From Phoronis australis (Eukaryota; Animalia; Phoronida): a stretch of DNA of 64,000 nt. Both the position numbers and the translations under genes were made by a program. Location: positions 248,001-312,000 of the forward strand of contig NMRA01000210.1 of NCBI GenBank assembly GCA_002633005.1, given 5' to 3'. The notes below the pieces were generated by a model, which made no database searches, was not told the origin of the DNA, and was given only the letters and a program-made list of their open reading frames with translations. Of the stretch, positions 1 to 13,700 are shown piece after piece (positions within the stretch are counted from its first letter, which is position 1; each line of letters starts with the position of its first letter).

Positions 1-106
1 GAAATTACAATTAACACACAGATTATGAACCAGGGAAATTAGGTCTTTTTTGCAGCCATCTTGGATTCCAGTATGGTTGTTACCAATTACTATTTTGTCA
101 TGACAT

Positions 107-709
107 CATAGGCCTACAGTTTAAGCCAAAAATTGTTGATTTTTAAGTAGCCTCACCATTTACACGAACGACGTCGCTCTAGTCGGCTGGCGACTGTGTT
201 GGCTTACGTAGTAAATGACTATCTCACCACTGAGACAGCGATCGGGTCCTTAGTTAAGTCAATGAAATAATATTAGAGTATAAAGCGGCATGGAAAGCGA
301 AAGTTTGCCAAAATATTGCTTAAACAATTCCTGACGAAAGTAACAGCTCACAACGTCTACTACATGGTGTTAGCCTTCCCCTGCGGGGAAATTTCCACGA
401 AAAAACACAAATTTCACGATTCTTGAAATACGCCCTAAGGAAAAATTCTGTAGAGTCACCACAGAGTCTAATCTTCATTCCAACGTATGATAAACGCGCT
501 AAGAGTCTCGACTGACAAGAAACGTATTAATGACAGATTGTCATGTATAATCCCACTCCGAATCTGAGGTCAACAGCACAGTATGAGGCAATCCAGTGAA
601 GCAAGAGATTCCCCAGAAGAATTCCATTGAATACCACGATACTTTTGTAACTAATTTTTAACATCAATTGCCTTTTAGTGGGGACGCTGCTTGAAGTCGC
701 CTTTGTTTT
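107..709. repeat. Near-identical duplicate of 2368-2972 (unique flank plus left part of a Kolobok-like MITE)
   Basis: ATCATAGGCCTACAG...GTCGCCTTTGTTTTG recurs at 2368-2972 with only scattered substitutions; the copies diverge abruptly after GCCTTTGTTTTG. Confidence 0.9.
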
Positions 710-1350
710 GCATAACGCGAAGTTGTCGTGAGGACTCGATTGGGACCTCAGGGGTCTCACGCTCCACCGGGCTAATTTGAAAAGGCTTTGTCCAGTCACG
801 CGTTGTGGGTAATAAATCGAGATAATGATACCAACAGCCGACGCGACAAGCAGAACTACTTTCTTTTACTTCATTTGTGCAATAACTGGAGAAATTTAGA
901 ATCAGACTTTTAAACACTATCCGATCGTCAACTTTTTTCGGGAGACATAAATCTCAATGTAGTTTGCGCAAAGACGATGTGCAATTTTTGGAGGTGTATT
1001 GACGATGATCAACGCTAAAACGGAGAGCAAATAAGTGCGTAATTGATCATTCAATCGGTAGTTTTGCCAGAAAGCGACGACCTTGCCGAAATTGAATGAC
1101 GGAAACCATTGAAAATCATTATAAGCGAGAAAGAGAAAACAAATATTTTCTGACGTTTAGGCTCATTAACTTTGAGTAAACGAAACGTCGCAAATATGTT
1201 CCGTCTTCTCTTGCGCGCTCATAATCAGATTCCTATAACTAGTGTTATGGCCAAAAACCGAGTTAGGAAACATCTAGACTAAAATCTTGATGGTATCTTA
1301 TTTTGCCAGCGACCATACACGGTATAAAAATGAATGAAAAGCTGAATTAG

Positions 1351-1652
1351 NNNNNNNNNNNNNNNNNNNNNNNNNNNNNNNNNNNNNNNNNNNNNNNNNN
1401 NNNNNNNNNNNNNNNNNNNNNNNNNNNNNNNNNNNNNNNNNNNNNNNNNNNNNNNNNNNNNNNNNNNNNNNNNNNNNNNNNNNNNNNNNNNNNNNNNNNN
1501 NNNNNNNNNNNNNNNNNNNNNNNNNNNNNNNNNNNNNNNNNNNNNNNNNNNNNNNNNNNNNNNNNNNNNNNNNNNNNNNNNNNNNNNNNNNNNNNNNNNN
1601 NNNNNNNNNNNNNNNNNNNNNNNNNNNNNNNNNNNNNNNNNNNNNNNNNNNN
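1351..1652. other. Assembly gap
   Basis: Run of N. Confidence 1.
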
Positions 1653-2520
1653 ATACAATTTTATGAAAAATTTATTACCTTTAACGAGACACTTTCATAG
1701 ACAAAAATGAAATCCTCGAGTTGGGCCCATTCTTTTCGCTCAGGGGGTCACAGAAAACATGTTCACCATGATAGTTCAGGCAGTCTCTGGAGATGATGTA
1801 TGTTACAACGAAAATGGTGGATAGTTTTTATAGATATTTAAAAATAAGAATTTGACTTTGCTTTAACAATATCTGCATGGACAGGTCTAAGTTTTTTATT
1901 TTTTCCAACATACTACCAAATTACAATACAACATAAAACATACTGCGTAAAGGTACAAAGGCTAGCATTCAGTATTTTTCGAATTAAACTACACAATGTC
2001 GTAATTTGACAAGATTAATAAACTATTTGTATCTTTTCCAGTAGAATTCAATCCAATTCTAGCTAAATCTCACCAAAGTAACTTATTGCGCAAGACCATT
2101 CACAGACAAAAATAAGGACAAGACACAATGTCGACATTCAACTCTGACAAAAGTTCAATTACGTAAACTGACAAGTTATTCTGGTAAGAAGTTTATGCAA
2201 ATTTGGCAGTCTTGGAGACTTCTGTTGAAGTCTGTCAAATTTCTTTCGAAATCTCTTGGTACGTGTACCAGTAAAATGCAACATCGCAAAATTCCGACTT
2301 GCACAAATATTCTGCTGCAGTAATGAATAATAATTTTTCAATGACAACACTGAGCCGACCACATGGGATCATAGGCCTACAGTTTATGCTAAAAATTGTT
2401 GATTTATAAGTAGCCTCACCATTTACACGAACGACGTCGCTCTAGTCGGCTGGCGACTGTGTTGGCTTACGTAGTAAATGACTATCTCACCACTGAGACA
2501 GCGATCGGGTCCTTAGTTAA

Positions 2521-3490
2521 GTCAATGAAATAATATTAGAGTGTAAAGCGGCATGGAAAGCGAAAGTTTGCCAAAATATTGCTTAAACAATTCCTGACGA
2601 AAGTAACAGCTCACAACGTCTACTACATGGTGTTAGCCTTCCCCTGTGGGGAAATTTCCACGAAAAAGCACAAATTTCACGATTCTTGAAATACGCCCTA
2701 AGGAAAAATTCTGTAGAGTCACCACAGAGTCTAATCTTCATTCCAAAGTATGATAAACGCGCTCAGAGTCTCGACTGACAAGAAACATATTAATGACAGA
2801 TTATCATGTATAATCCCACTCCGAATCTAAGGTCGACAGCACAGTATGAGGCAATCCAGTGAAGGAAGAGATTCCCCAGAAGAATTCCATTGAATGCCAC
2901 GATACTTTTGTAACTAATTTTTAACATTAATTGCCTTTTAGTGGGGGCGCTGCTTGAAGTCGCCTTTGTTTTGTTTACATCAAATGTCAAAGCCACACTT
3001 TCCATATACGGGAAATGTGCTACGTCCATATCTTGCCGATACCAAATGAGGCGTGCTTTGCTTTGTGGGAGAAAACCCAAGGAAGTGACGAGCAGTTGAC
3101 AAATATTTTTTTTGTTGAAATTTTAAGGTAAGAGAAAACTGATTTGACATCAACGTCAGTTCAAAATCTTTACAAGCAAACCATAAAAATTTGTGGTGAA
3201 TGACGCTGAATTCTGTTTTAGTGGCAGAGAACCACTTTGAATAATGCGATTTAGTCCGTTTTTCGCCGTGCCAGGCCTCTTTAAACTTAAAAACTCTTCT
3301 GGGTTTGACGGCTTATTTAGTAACTAAAACACTACCAACTTCTTTCTAAACCCATTTCTCATATTATCAACCAGTCTTCACGATCACCATTCGTTCCAGA
3401 TGAACTGAAAATTGCAAAGGTCTTCGCATTTTTAACTTTAATTACCTTGAAAAACTTCAGTAGTTACAGACCAATTTCAATACTAACGGA
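2521..3490 (+). pseudogene. CR1/L2-type LINE reverse-transcriptase fragment, interrupted by the Kolobok-like MITE
   Basis: Joining the flanks reads VNEIILECKLKNSSGFDGL; downstream KPISHIINQS..VPDELKIAKV and YRPISIL, typical CR1/L2 pre-RT motifs; contains stops and frameshifts. Confidence 0.7.
2547..3280. mobile_element. Non-autonomous Kolobok-like DNA transposon (MITE)
   Basis: Left end (G)TAA|AGCGGCATGGAAAGCGAAA; right end TTTCGCCGTGCCAGGCCTCT|TTAA; imperfect TIR and TTAA-type target; related copies at about 283-709 and 46412-46855. Confidence 0.7.
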
Positions 3491-3683
3491 GTACTGGCGA
3501 GTTGATGTTATGCTATATTCAGAATTTTCACAAATTCGAGATTTTTTTGTTGCCTGATAACCACCGATGCTCAATTTTGTTACCATGCCGACTGTCGTAC
3601 AAATCCCGTGAGCTTTCTAAACCAGGGCCCGTGCTGGCCACGTTTTCAAAATCTCTGCCCCAGTATCAGCGTATACAATCTTA

Positions 3684-4110
3684 AGTGCCGTTTACACTTA
3701 CAAAGTTGACACGGATCAGCTGACATGGACTTGTCCCAATGTGTAAACGGACTGACACGGAGCAAATTGACACCGCAGTGACAAATTTTTTGCCACCCGT
3801 TTGTGAGGTAGAGCAATTTGCACCTGAACATCTTTCGCCGTGTCAATTATACACTGTAAGTCTAAACGCAAAACTGGAGCAAGGCGGAAAGGATCATCTC
3901 TACTGCGCATGTGCAGTGACCTTCATACGGGTTCTTTGTCTCTGCAACTCTTGTTATTTGTAAACCTGCGCATGTGCGAACCAGTCTCTCCAGCGTGCGA
4001 TTTCCGTCTTGCCACGGTTAGTGAGTTGTGTGAGTAAGCGGCCGCTTGACACGGGTCAATTTGTTCCGTGTCAGTTGCGCCGGGCCAAAAGTTTATGTCT
4101 AAACGGGACT
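3684..4110. mobile_element. PIF/Harbinger-like MITE
   Basis: TTA|AGTGCCGTTTACAC ... GTCTAAACGGGACT|TTA: 14-bp imperfect TIR, 3-bp TTA TSD, repeated subterminal TGACACGG motifs. Confidence 0.75.
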
Positions 4111-4675
4111 TTAGTCAGTAGCGCTTGAAGAGAAAATATATGTCACTGAGCCTTTTTATTAACACACAAGTTATCACTATCAGCGATCACTCGGGCATTG
4201 CGAGTTGACCAGCAAAGCCAGGATCGCAGTTGAGAGAGATAAAAGCCTGCAACACCATGTGTATTCTTCAAGTTTGTGACACCAAATAATCCCGCGGCAT
4301 TCACGAGCCGATGGCATTAGCATATTATACAATTGCTATTTTCGTCATTTTTATTTAACGAAATCAGCATTCTGGTGTTGGGTCACCACAGAGCGCAATA
4401 TAAAAATCGGCTTGCTCGTTCACTACCACGCCAGTGCGCACATGATCAACTCGCCAAACGGTCTGATTTGTATGAGTATTTTAACACTTCATAAGGCTTA
4501 TCTAAAACTAAACCGTGAGCAACAACTAAACACGTATTTGTCTCAGAAAAATACAGAAAGTGAGAGAAAGGAGGGAAAATTTGCAATGCAAAAATATGCA
4601 TACCGATCAAATTGTGGCTTAGTATGGTTATAAGTTGATCACTTTTTCGTATAATAGGTAGCGCTGTTAAAAAGG

Positions 4676-4690
4676 GTAAACTTCCGGTCG
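4676..4690 (+). promoter_or_regulatory. Candidate ETS-type core promoter motif upstream of the C18orf63-like ATG
   Basis: ACTTCCGG about 30 bp upstream of the ATG at 4716; a short motif that could occur by chance. Confidence 0.3.
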
Positions 4691-4715
4691 TCTGCTCACC
4701 AACTCAAACAGCGAA

Positions 4716-7700
4716 ATGCTGTTTTTTATAGATTCGAAGATTTTGGAAGAGTTCTGTTTTGTCAATATTACAATTAATAAGTTATCTGAGGGTACGGGGG
4801 CCCCAAGTTGTCGTCAAGTACAGATTATCAAATGCAGGTAAAGCCTTGATCCCATGGCCGAGCAAAGCAACATGATTTCTGTAACAAGGTGTTTAGATGA
4901 AATGGTATTCAGGTTGTCAAAACTTTTTTTATTTTGGGTATGGTGCAGGCTTGCAGAAATATTCTTTTAACTTTGTCTTTGCCATTAAAATTGGGCTCAA
5001 AATTTGTGCTTCCTGGTTAACACATGGAAGACACTGAGCCGTTTGTATGCAAGCTGTAGTGTAGTGTACGGCGAGTCATCAACAGTTAATAAAGCACGCT
5101 ACCTCATATTCTGGCAGGTTGAAATCTGTGGTCTCATCATTGTTTGCTGTTACATGGTAAAAGAGCAAACTACCAGTGTGCCATTCGCAAACGAGCCTTG
5201 CAACATCATGTCAGTGTACCATCTCCATTTGGCAATGGGTGGCTTTGGAGCGGGGTAGTCCGAAGCTCCACTGGATGAGTCTGCCTTTAGCCCCAGAAAA
5301 TGCCATGAAAAATGCTAATGGGAAGTGTAAAGGAAGTGGTTGTAGTAAAAAAGTGCTCTTGTTTGAAGTCAAGCAGGCCATGTTCTAAGTTGTGTGACTT
5401 TCCAGACTGTGAACACGGTGTCTCTGTCAAAAAACACACTTTTGATGACAATAATGATGTTATAAATGATGACGGAGTGGATGAAGAAACATAATAAGTG
5501 TATGCTATTTTGTTAAAGAACTTAAAATTTTCAACCTAATGGAAAATATTGACAACATTTAATCATGCTGATGACTGTGGCCTTGTGGGGACTGTTGGGT
5601 GTATTGTTCCCTGTGACAGTTGACAGTGAACAGCAATGTGGATAATGATAATTAATTGTGATAATTAATGGAAGTGATGTCACTGATTTTGTTGCAGAAG
5701 TGTTGGAAATGTGTATTGTTCATGTGTAGGTTGTGATATCAAATCTTCATCAAGTTCCATCCTAACGGTTAGCAGTATTTGTAGTCTTTTGGCAGATCAG
5801 AATATAGTAGTATGTTTTCTGGCCAACAGGGGGCGCTGCTAAAATATTTCTTTTGGACAGGCGATTGGAAAATAGCAAGATGAAATTTAGTTGTTGAAAC
5901 TACATGTATAGGCCTAATTCACGCCGACAGGAGGCGCGTTCCAAAACGAGCCTCGCTGCGATAGTTCTCACGGTTGGCTTCGGGCATACTGGTTGTATTC
6001 CGCGTTGCTCGAACGTCTAAAAAAAATACGGACACTCAACTGTCTGTTTTACAATCCCTAAGGATGTTGAGATTCGGAAGCGTTGGGTCGTTGCCATACG
6101 CCGCGACGAAGGAAAATATTTCCGTGTAAAATTTATAAATGTTTTCTCGGTTGCCGAGCATCTAGCAATGACCGGAGAATCTTCGGCCTGCCTGACTGTG
6201 TTTTCATGACTACGGGTTGAAAGATGAAGCCTTTTTCGTCCCAAAAAGGACAGGGCCCTTAATCCCTTGATTTTGGGGCCGAATATCGGCCCTATTCCCC
6301 TCTCAAAAATATTGAAAAAGCCCCCGAAATCCCCCCACGAGGCCTAAAAATTCCCCTAGTGATTGAAAAGTTATCTCCGAAGTTCAAAATCACCCGTAAC
6401 CACGCAGGTGACAATTTGAAAGAGCACAAAATGCTACTTGAGACAGAGCCTACGAGAGCTTGTAACAGGGCGGGGGTGCTATTGATGATGATCGGGACTG
6501 GTAGATTTTCCCCTCACTCCGCTTGGCGAAAAAATTACCCTCTCAGAAGGCACAGACACCTTTCCTCTCGGATGAACGATCGAGGCTCCTGAAGAAACAT
6601 AATAACTATGCTTGTTCTGTCCAGTTAACAGAAGCTGAGCTCTAAGACGGGGTTATGCTTTGGTCGAACGAATTAGGTGTTTTAATTTTAAAATTCAACT
6701 TGGTCCAAATTGATATTTGAAACCAAACGCATGAAACAGACGTAAGAATTATTAAAACCAAGACAGCAGAATTGATAGTAAAATAATTACTTGTGAATGT
6801 GTGTAAGGGAGTGAATGAGAACCTGGATATAATGCAAAAGCGATTTCTGGGGCTGTACTCGTTTTTATTTTTTTTTTCCAAATCTAAAAAATAGTCAAAT
6901 AATTTTTATTTTCAGTTACGAATATTTAATAACATCAGTTATTCTTTCAGATCAATGACAAATCAACTGTTAGTCCTGGTAGTGCCTACCTTACCAGGAT
7001 CAACCTAGGCTGTTCTTAATCAACAAATTAAAGCAGATGTGACTAATTGCACATGACAGCAACTGAAATGCGATGAGCCACCACTGTCGAATATATCTTC
7101 AAGTCGTCAACAACAAGCAGATGACCTGATTTGTGTAGAAAGCATTTTTATTAACAATTTACAAGAAGAAACCCTGCGCAGCATAATACCTAATCTGTAA
7201 CACTACGATCGCCGCAGAAAAGCATTGTAAATTGTTCTTGCAGGGAGTTAATTTTTACTGAACAAGATGTCCTCGCAAGTCCGGCCATGACTAGTTACCA
7301 AGTAGTGCACGTCATCTTGAAGGTAACTTGTAACTCGTTTTATGGTGTTGGATCCAAAACGCAAATGTTATACTTTAGAAGTGCACAAGACATGCACTGT
7401 CGACTTTTAAGTTTACGTCACTTCAGTAATAAATGTCACCAATCTCATGCTTTACCTGTTAGCACATTTGCTAAGAACCTTAAATGTTCCGGATGGCAGT
7501 TCCCAATCTCTGAAAAGGAAACGATAACAAAAGTAACAATTATGTTATCCGGTTAGAAATTGTCAATGATTTACGACCTTCAGTAGACTTAGCAAAGAAC
7601 GAAAAACCTGCTTCTACGTCACTCGGGGCTGCCAGTTTCAAGCCAGTGGCTGTTGGTTGTCTGTGATCTGTACTTCCAGGATTTTTGTGAGGTCTGGTGC

Positions 7701-10700
7701 TCGTTCTCAAGTCATGATACGCTCGAAAATGATGGTTTCGAATACTTAAATTGAGCACTGGTCTAGACTTAACGGAATCCACCAATATATTCTGTCATTC
7801 TAGAGAAGTATGTTGAAAACGGGAAGACTGCAGACTCGCGTCAAAAGAATGGGTGTTGAGGTAATGCAGATTTAACTTCATATTGTGAAGTCAAATGCCA
7901 AGTGATGTCGTATGGAGGTCGCAAAGTGTTGTTTAACTTGCGACATCTATGCGACCGGCGTAAGCGAGTCTCATGGTTCCGCTTATCGCCTATAGGACAC
8001 TACCATTCCTTTGTTGCGTCATTGTTAGATAAAATAATAGAGGTCGCATGGATATCGAACCTTGGGCGCACATCAGCCGGTTACCGATAAATGCTTGCCG
8101 TTATTTCTATTAAAACAAAGAAAAACAAATTGAACAATGGAACTGCCAATCTACCGATATCTATGCGATCAGCTTGCGACTTTGTTTCCCACTCAGTGAA
8201 CAACAACGATAAATTATTGATGAAGCAAAAGAACTGTGTCATTGTAATAGTTTATTCGCAGACAAATGTAAGCCAATAGGTGTGTGATTACTTAGGCTCC
8301 ATTTACGAATTCAGCTGGCAGTGGGAAACTAATTTTATTTTAGTTGTTTCTCTGTTGCATTTCCGATCTCTTTTGTGTGTACATGCGACGTAATTTCCCA
8401 GGAAGGTACACTAGTATACCATTTTGATTTTTTATGTTGTGCTTCTGGATTTAATCATTGACATGGATAACTTGAAATGAATCTAAAGTGCCACAGTGTC
8501 GACTTCAAATGTTAAGTAGAAAATATATTAGGTTACAAATATAACATATTTTATTTTATAGGCTCACATGTTTTAGATCCCGAAATTGAGGATTATGTTG
8601 AAAAAGAGCGAAAAGTTTCTGTTTCAAGTTCTGAAATTAAAGATTGTAGAGCCATAGTATCAGTAGCCTCCAATGTTCCGCGTCCAAGGGAAAAATGCTT
8701 CTCAAACAAAAACAATTATTTTTTACAAATGTTTGCTTTCTAGACAATTTAAGAATTCAACTAATGATTAACTTTTTGCGTAACCTAGGCTTTGTAAAAT
8801 TTTAAGTGGTAAGTTTATATCCCTTGTGCTTGTGACTTTGAATTGCTCATTCTGCGATCTGGACAAAATGACAGATGTTCAACAGTCGAGCTCTTCTAAA
8901 GCGACTGTAATCAGATCTTTATGATAGCAAAGCTTGACAAGATTGTCCTCTGCGTCACGATAATCTGTTGTCCATTCGCTTGTGTACCAAGCTGGTCGGC
9001 GGTGAATTAGTGTCATAGATCATACTAGTACACCCATAACTCAAAATTCTCAGTGCACAAGATCGGTGATCTTTGGCACAAGACAACAGTATTTCTCTTT
9101 TGGACGTGACGTCACCATTCTCTAGCGGCGTTTAGTGGGATAGTACGTTTCGCGTCCGGCAATTACGCCGTCTTATTGCTCACTAACCAAGAACAGAGTT
9201 GCGCATTGGGAGAGATGTGCTTCCCCGGGAAATTTCATCGGAATCTAGTGTCGCCTACTGTCAAAGCTGTTGTCAGTGAAATGTACTGAAATAGGTATAT
9301 AACGAACCTGTACCTTGTCTGTGTGGTCTCAGTTCCATTTCTCAATCATCGTAGGCCACTTTCAGAATCGAGAAGCTTTTCACTAAGCTTTTGTCCATAA
9401 GCCTATCCCTTCTCCCACATCTTCTTCACGTTCCTTGACTTCTAGGCAGTCCAACCTGTTCTTCAGAATTGCCCCGTTCTTTGGTACCAAATCTGTCGCC
9501 ACTGGTACAGTCTTGATGGTCACCGTAATAGTACTAATATTCTTAAGGGTCTGTCCCTTGAAGACCGAGCCTAGTGCACAACAAACTTTGCTGTCCACAG
9601 CTTAGTCTAAGTAGTTGCGTTTTTGCTTGTTGGGACCTGTTTGATTTCGGATCTTAATAAGTTTCTTTCGTCGTCTGCTGTCTTGGGAACATTGGCACGA
9701 TCGCGATGGAGTACCAACGTTGTCGCGAGTTACTGTAACTGCACGTTGGACGAACTTTCGCCCGTTATTAGGAGACCAATTTTCTGAGAGTAAAAGGTCC
9801 ACTTTGATGTTCGTTTTAAATAATTATCATGTAATGGCATCACATTGTTGTACAAGACTTTTTTCTATGTTGTATATCTCGTGAAGCGAAATGTGTTACT
9901 TCGGACATCTCCTCCGTTCTGAATCTCTGGCGTGATTTATATTGTTTCTGTCGATTTGGTTAGGCATATTGTCCTCTTACTAGAATTTAGAGAGTGCTGC
10001 TTCTTAGCGCTGTCTCTTTAAAAATTCCAGTATCTTATTTGCAAAAGGCCAGCTTACGGGAAAAGGGATAGCGCACGGGTTTCGATAAAATCTTTGTTGT
10101 AATACGGTATCCTAGACACATTTTCACCGTCGACGTCATTCTGTCATTTTTAGTTCTATCATTTCGCAAACTACAATATAATAAGGCTCGTTTCGTTTTG
10201 TCTCTTAGAAGAAGCGCCGTTGCAGATATATGTCAACCTAAGTAGCTGTACCCGTGGCAAAATTTGAAGTTATGAAATAGACCACCACTCTTTGTCTTGT
10301 AAGCCTTCAAATGGGTTATTAAATAGGATACAACACATACACACACGTACTCTGTACCAAAGATTCTGACAACGGTAAAAATGACATTATCGTACAAGTA
10401 CATGGGAAAAGAGAAGTGACTGGATCAATCAACACATTCTACTATTGGGCATCAGTGACAAGTTACGCATTATACGTTGTATCCTTAATTAGATAGATAA
10501 CCCCTTGGCAGTGACGACATCGATGTTTGAGGCTTGTTTGAAGTACACAATATTGGCAAAGATAGCGCCACAGTGGAACAAAATCGGTCGATACTTGGTG
10601 CAAGGTGAGTACACTCATAGTGGTTGTGGAAATCAGATTCTTAGCTTTTTATCACACCGTTCAGAAGGGCATTAACCCCACCTTGGTAATTTTACTCAAA

Positions 10701-13700
10701 TGTGGCTGTTGCATCCTAAATACTTCTCAACACACCCTCGTTATGTCACAAAGTGAATTCAGTTTCGAGGGTTGTGTGGCTCCAGGTGATCGGGCTTCCT
10801 AAAGGGTCATCGATTCAGTTGCCCACAGTGTTGGTCAGTTTTAGAGCATTGATCTTTTCCATTGATTCCAGTGATCTAGTTACAGATCACCCCAACTTCA
10901 ATAATCCACATTTCGCTGACCTAAAAAATAGACGCACAGCAAAAATCTTTACTCAGTGCCACCACAAGCAAAATCTGTAACACTGAGCGCCATCGGTAAA
11001 CGAATTTGGTCAATTATCAACTTGACCATGAACACGAACCGTTGGTGCTTATTCTTGAAAACGCTAAATAATGCTGTCAGGAGTGGACTGACACTGCTGT
11101 TAGTCTCATAAGTTGATTGACATGACCCATGGGGTCGGAACAGAGATGGTGTAATTTGTTTACAATAGAATGGTATAGAACATTCTAGAAGATTCTAGGA
11201 TGTTATTGATTAATGTAGTCTGGATCATTCTAGAGCCTAGGATATGTTTGTAGAATGATTGGGTAAATGCCGGAAAGTTCATGAATGTGCTTGAATGGGT
11301 GAAAAGTTCCAGAACATTGTAAGGCACGGGCTAGTTAAATACAGTTGGAGTTGAGAGTCAGTTTCACTTAAAGTCAGTTGAAGTTATAGTTGCGTTACAG
11401 TGAATCGACGAGTGTAACAGTTGCTGGACGTGTCTCAGAAGTTCATCACAAGTCAAAGCTCTGAAGCACTAGCTAGAACATAGAACAGACATTAAGTCGG
11501 ACGTTTTGTTTGAGTGGACTTGTGAACGAACGATCGAGATTAATAAAGTAACAAATTCGAACCAGTCTTCAGTCTATTGTTGCACTGAAAGCTTTTAGCA
11601 CCGGTCGGTAACAACCTGAGCCCACCTATCCACGGGGGTAAACATGACAGTTGCGTCACTGATTCTGATAGCATATTGCTGACACTGATACCCAGTTTCT
11701 TCAATCAGATTGATGCTGACTTGAAAAAAAAATAATTAAATAAGCAAATTTTAATACATGTGCTTCTTGTTCTCTTGTGTTTAACCATATTTCATAGTTT
11801 GTACTAGGCAATGACCATCTCCTCTGTTGGCCCGAACCAGAGGCGATGCAGAGGCTATAGGCGCTCTGTACGCCGGAAACTTTTCGGCGAATTATGCCTC
11901 GCACCGACTAAACCATCAAAGTCACGTTGTTATAAATACCTTTTGCGCATAGAGGAACACCTTAGGAGGTTGTCGATGTGTTTAATTCCTTCCAACTCGA
12001 ACAAATACTCCCGTTATGAAAGTTTTTCTTCGAGCAGTCCCTATTTCAGTTCCCAAAATCGTGAAATCAACTTTTTCATTTTTTTAACCAGGCCGAAGGT
12101 CAGAAGTTGCGGACCTACCGGCGAACTTTGAAAGCTGAAGTTCCCGCCCTTCGCGTACGTGCTGCCGGGAACCAGCCGTGCATTTGCCGTGTTGTTAAAC
12201 ATTAAAATGTCAAATATGTGCACAAAGACTATTAAATGTCATATCAACAGCATTTATTTTTATCAAATACAAACAATAATTCATTGAAATACAATCAGTT
12301 TCAAGTAACGCCAATTAAAGACAAGTATAAGTGGTGGCATTTTGGAAACGAACATTTGACTGACAAGACCGCAATGGCTCACCTTTGGCCTATTTAAAGA
12401 TTGAGGTCATGAATTGGAGCGTGCGCAGTATAAAAATGGTGAGTTCACGATTTTGGGAACTGAAATAGGGACTGCTCGAAGAAAAAGTTTCATAACGGGA
12501 GTATTTGTTCGAGTTGGAAGGACTTAAACACATCGACAACCTCCTAAGGTGTTCCTCTATGCGCAAAAGGTATTTATAACAACGTGACTTTGATGGTTTA
12601 GTCGGTGCGAGGCATAATTCGCCGAAAAGCTTCGGCGTACAGAGCGCCTATAGCCTCTGCATCGCCTCTGGTTCGGGCCAACAGAGGCGATGGTCATTGC
12701 CTAAGTTTGTACATGCGCCAAGTAAAACTGAATGTTTTCACAGGTCGAGATTTTGTGGCCAATTGTGAGAAGATGAATGCTGTAGGTGAGATTCAAGATT
12801 TGCTGCTTGCTTGCAAACATGCGTTATTCACTGGATGTCATTAAATAGTCCATCAGTTGGAACCACCCGAGGACAGCAATTCCTGATTTCATTGCCACTG
12901 GAGCTTTGTTACTAGATAATTATTATTATAATCCCATTTCTGAAAAACGAGAAGGGAATGTGTCCTTGGTAAGCCGTTGACTTTTACTTCACTTATTTTT
13001 AGAGTTCAGCTTGTCTGTCAACTCATCAGAAGTAACTTTGTCCGTCGATGCTGCTGTGATAAAAGCACAACCGTTGAAGGTACGAATAACTGTCAATTTG
13101 GTTGTTAATAGCACTTATGTATGTTACATTTTTGTACTATAAAAATATACTTACAAAGGTAGTATATTTCAGCAGCAACTTTAACCACAAAACCCAGTGA
13201 ATAAACTCATTCTTCTTTATTTCGCTGAAAACCTCAAAACTGTTAGACTAATCATCATCTGTCTTGGAAAAAGACAGGAATGATGCGAGCAAGATGACAC
13301 AAATCGATAAGATGTGCTGATAAGAGCTTTGCCAAGTTGAGCCATACATGTATATCAAACAAAATTGGCCAAACTCCAGGGATTCTTCTGGCATTTTTTA
13401 TGGTAAATGAGGCAATGTATCTTTTCATAAGCTCTGCCCTTTATTCCCTTATATGCCCTGGTAAAGGGAAACACCCTACAAATGAGCATCTTTTCCTCAT
13501 CGCATGCCGGTTCGGTCTCGGTGTGCACGATCCCTAAATACTCGGCGCTTGTAGCGTTAAACCGCTTATCCCGCATAAATTGCACTTCATCTTCAAATTT
13601 GGTTCACACTCAACGGCTAGGAATTGATCAGTGTGTACTGTGTGCAGTTGAACTGTTTGTCCTTACCTTTGACCGGTGCACTCCGCCCTGTGGTCTACAA

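Noticed and set aside
1347-1658. 103-aa ORF of X residues
   Set aside because: It lies in the assembly gap
9383-9802. Nested minus-strand gene in intron 3 of the C18orf63-like gene
   Set aside because: Short ORFs broken by stops, with no recognisable motif or consistent exon chain
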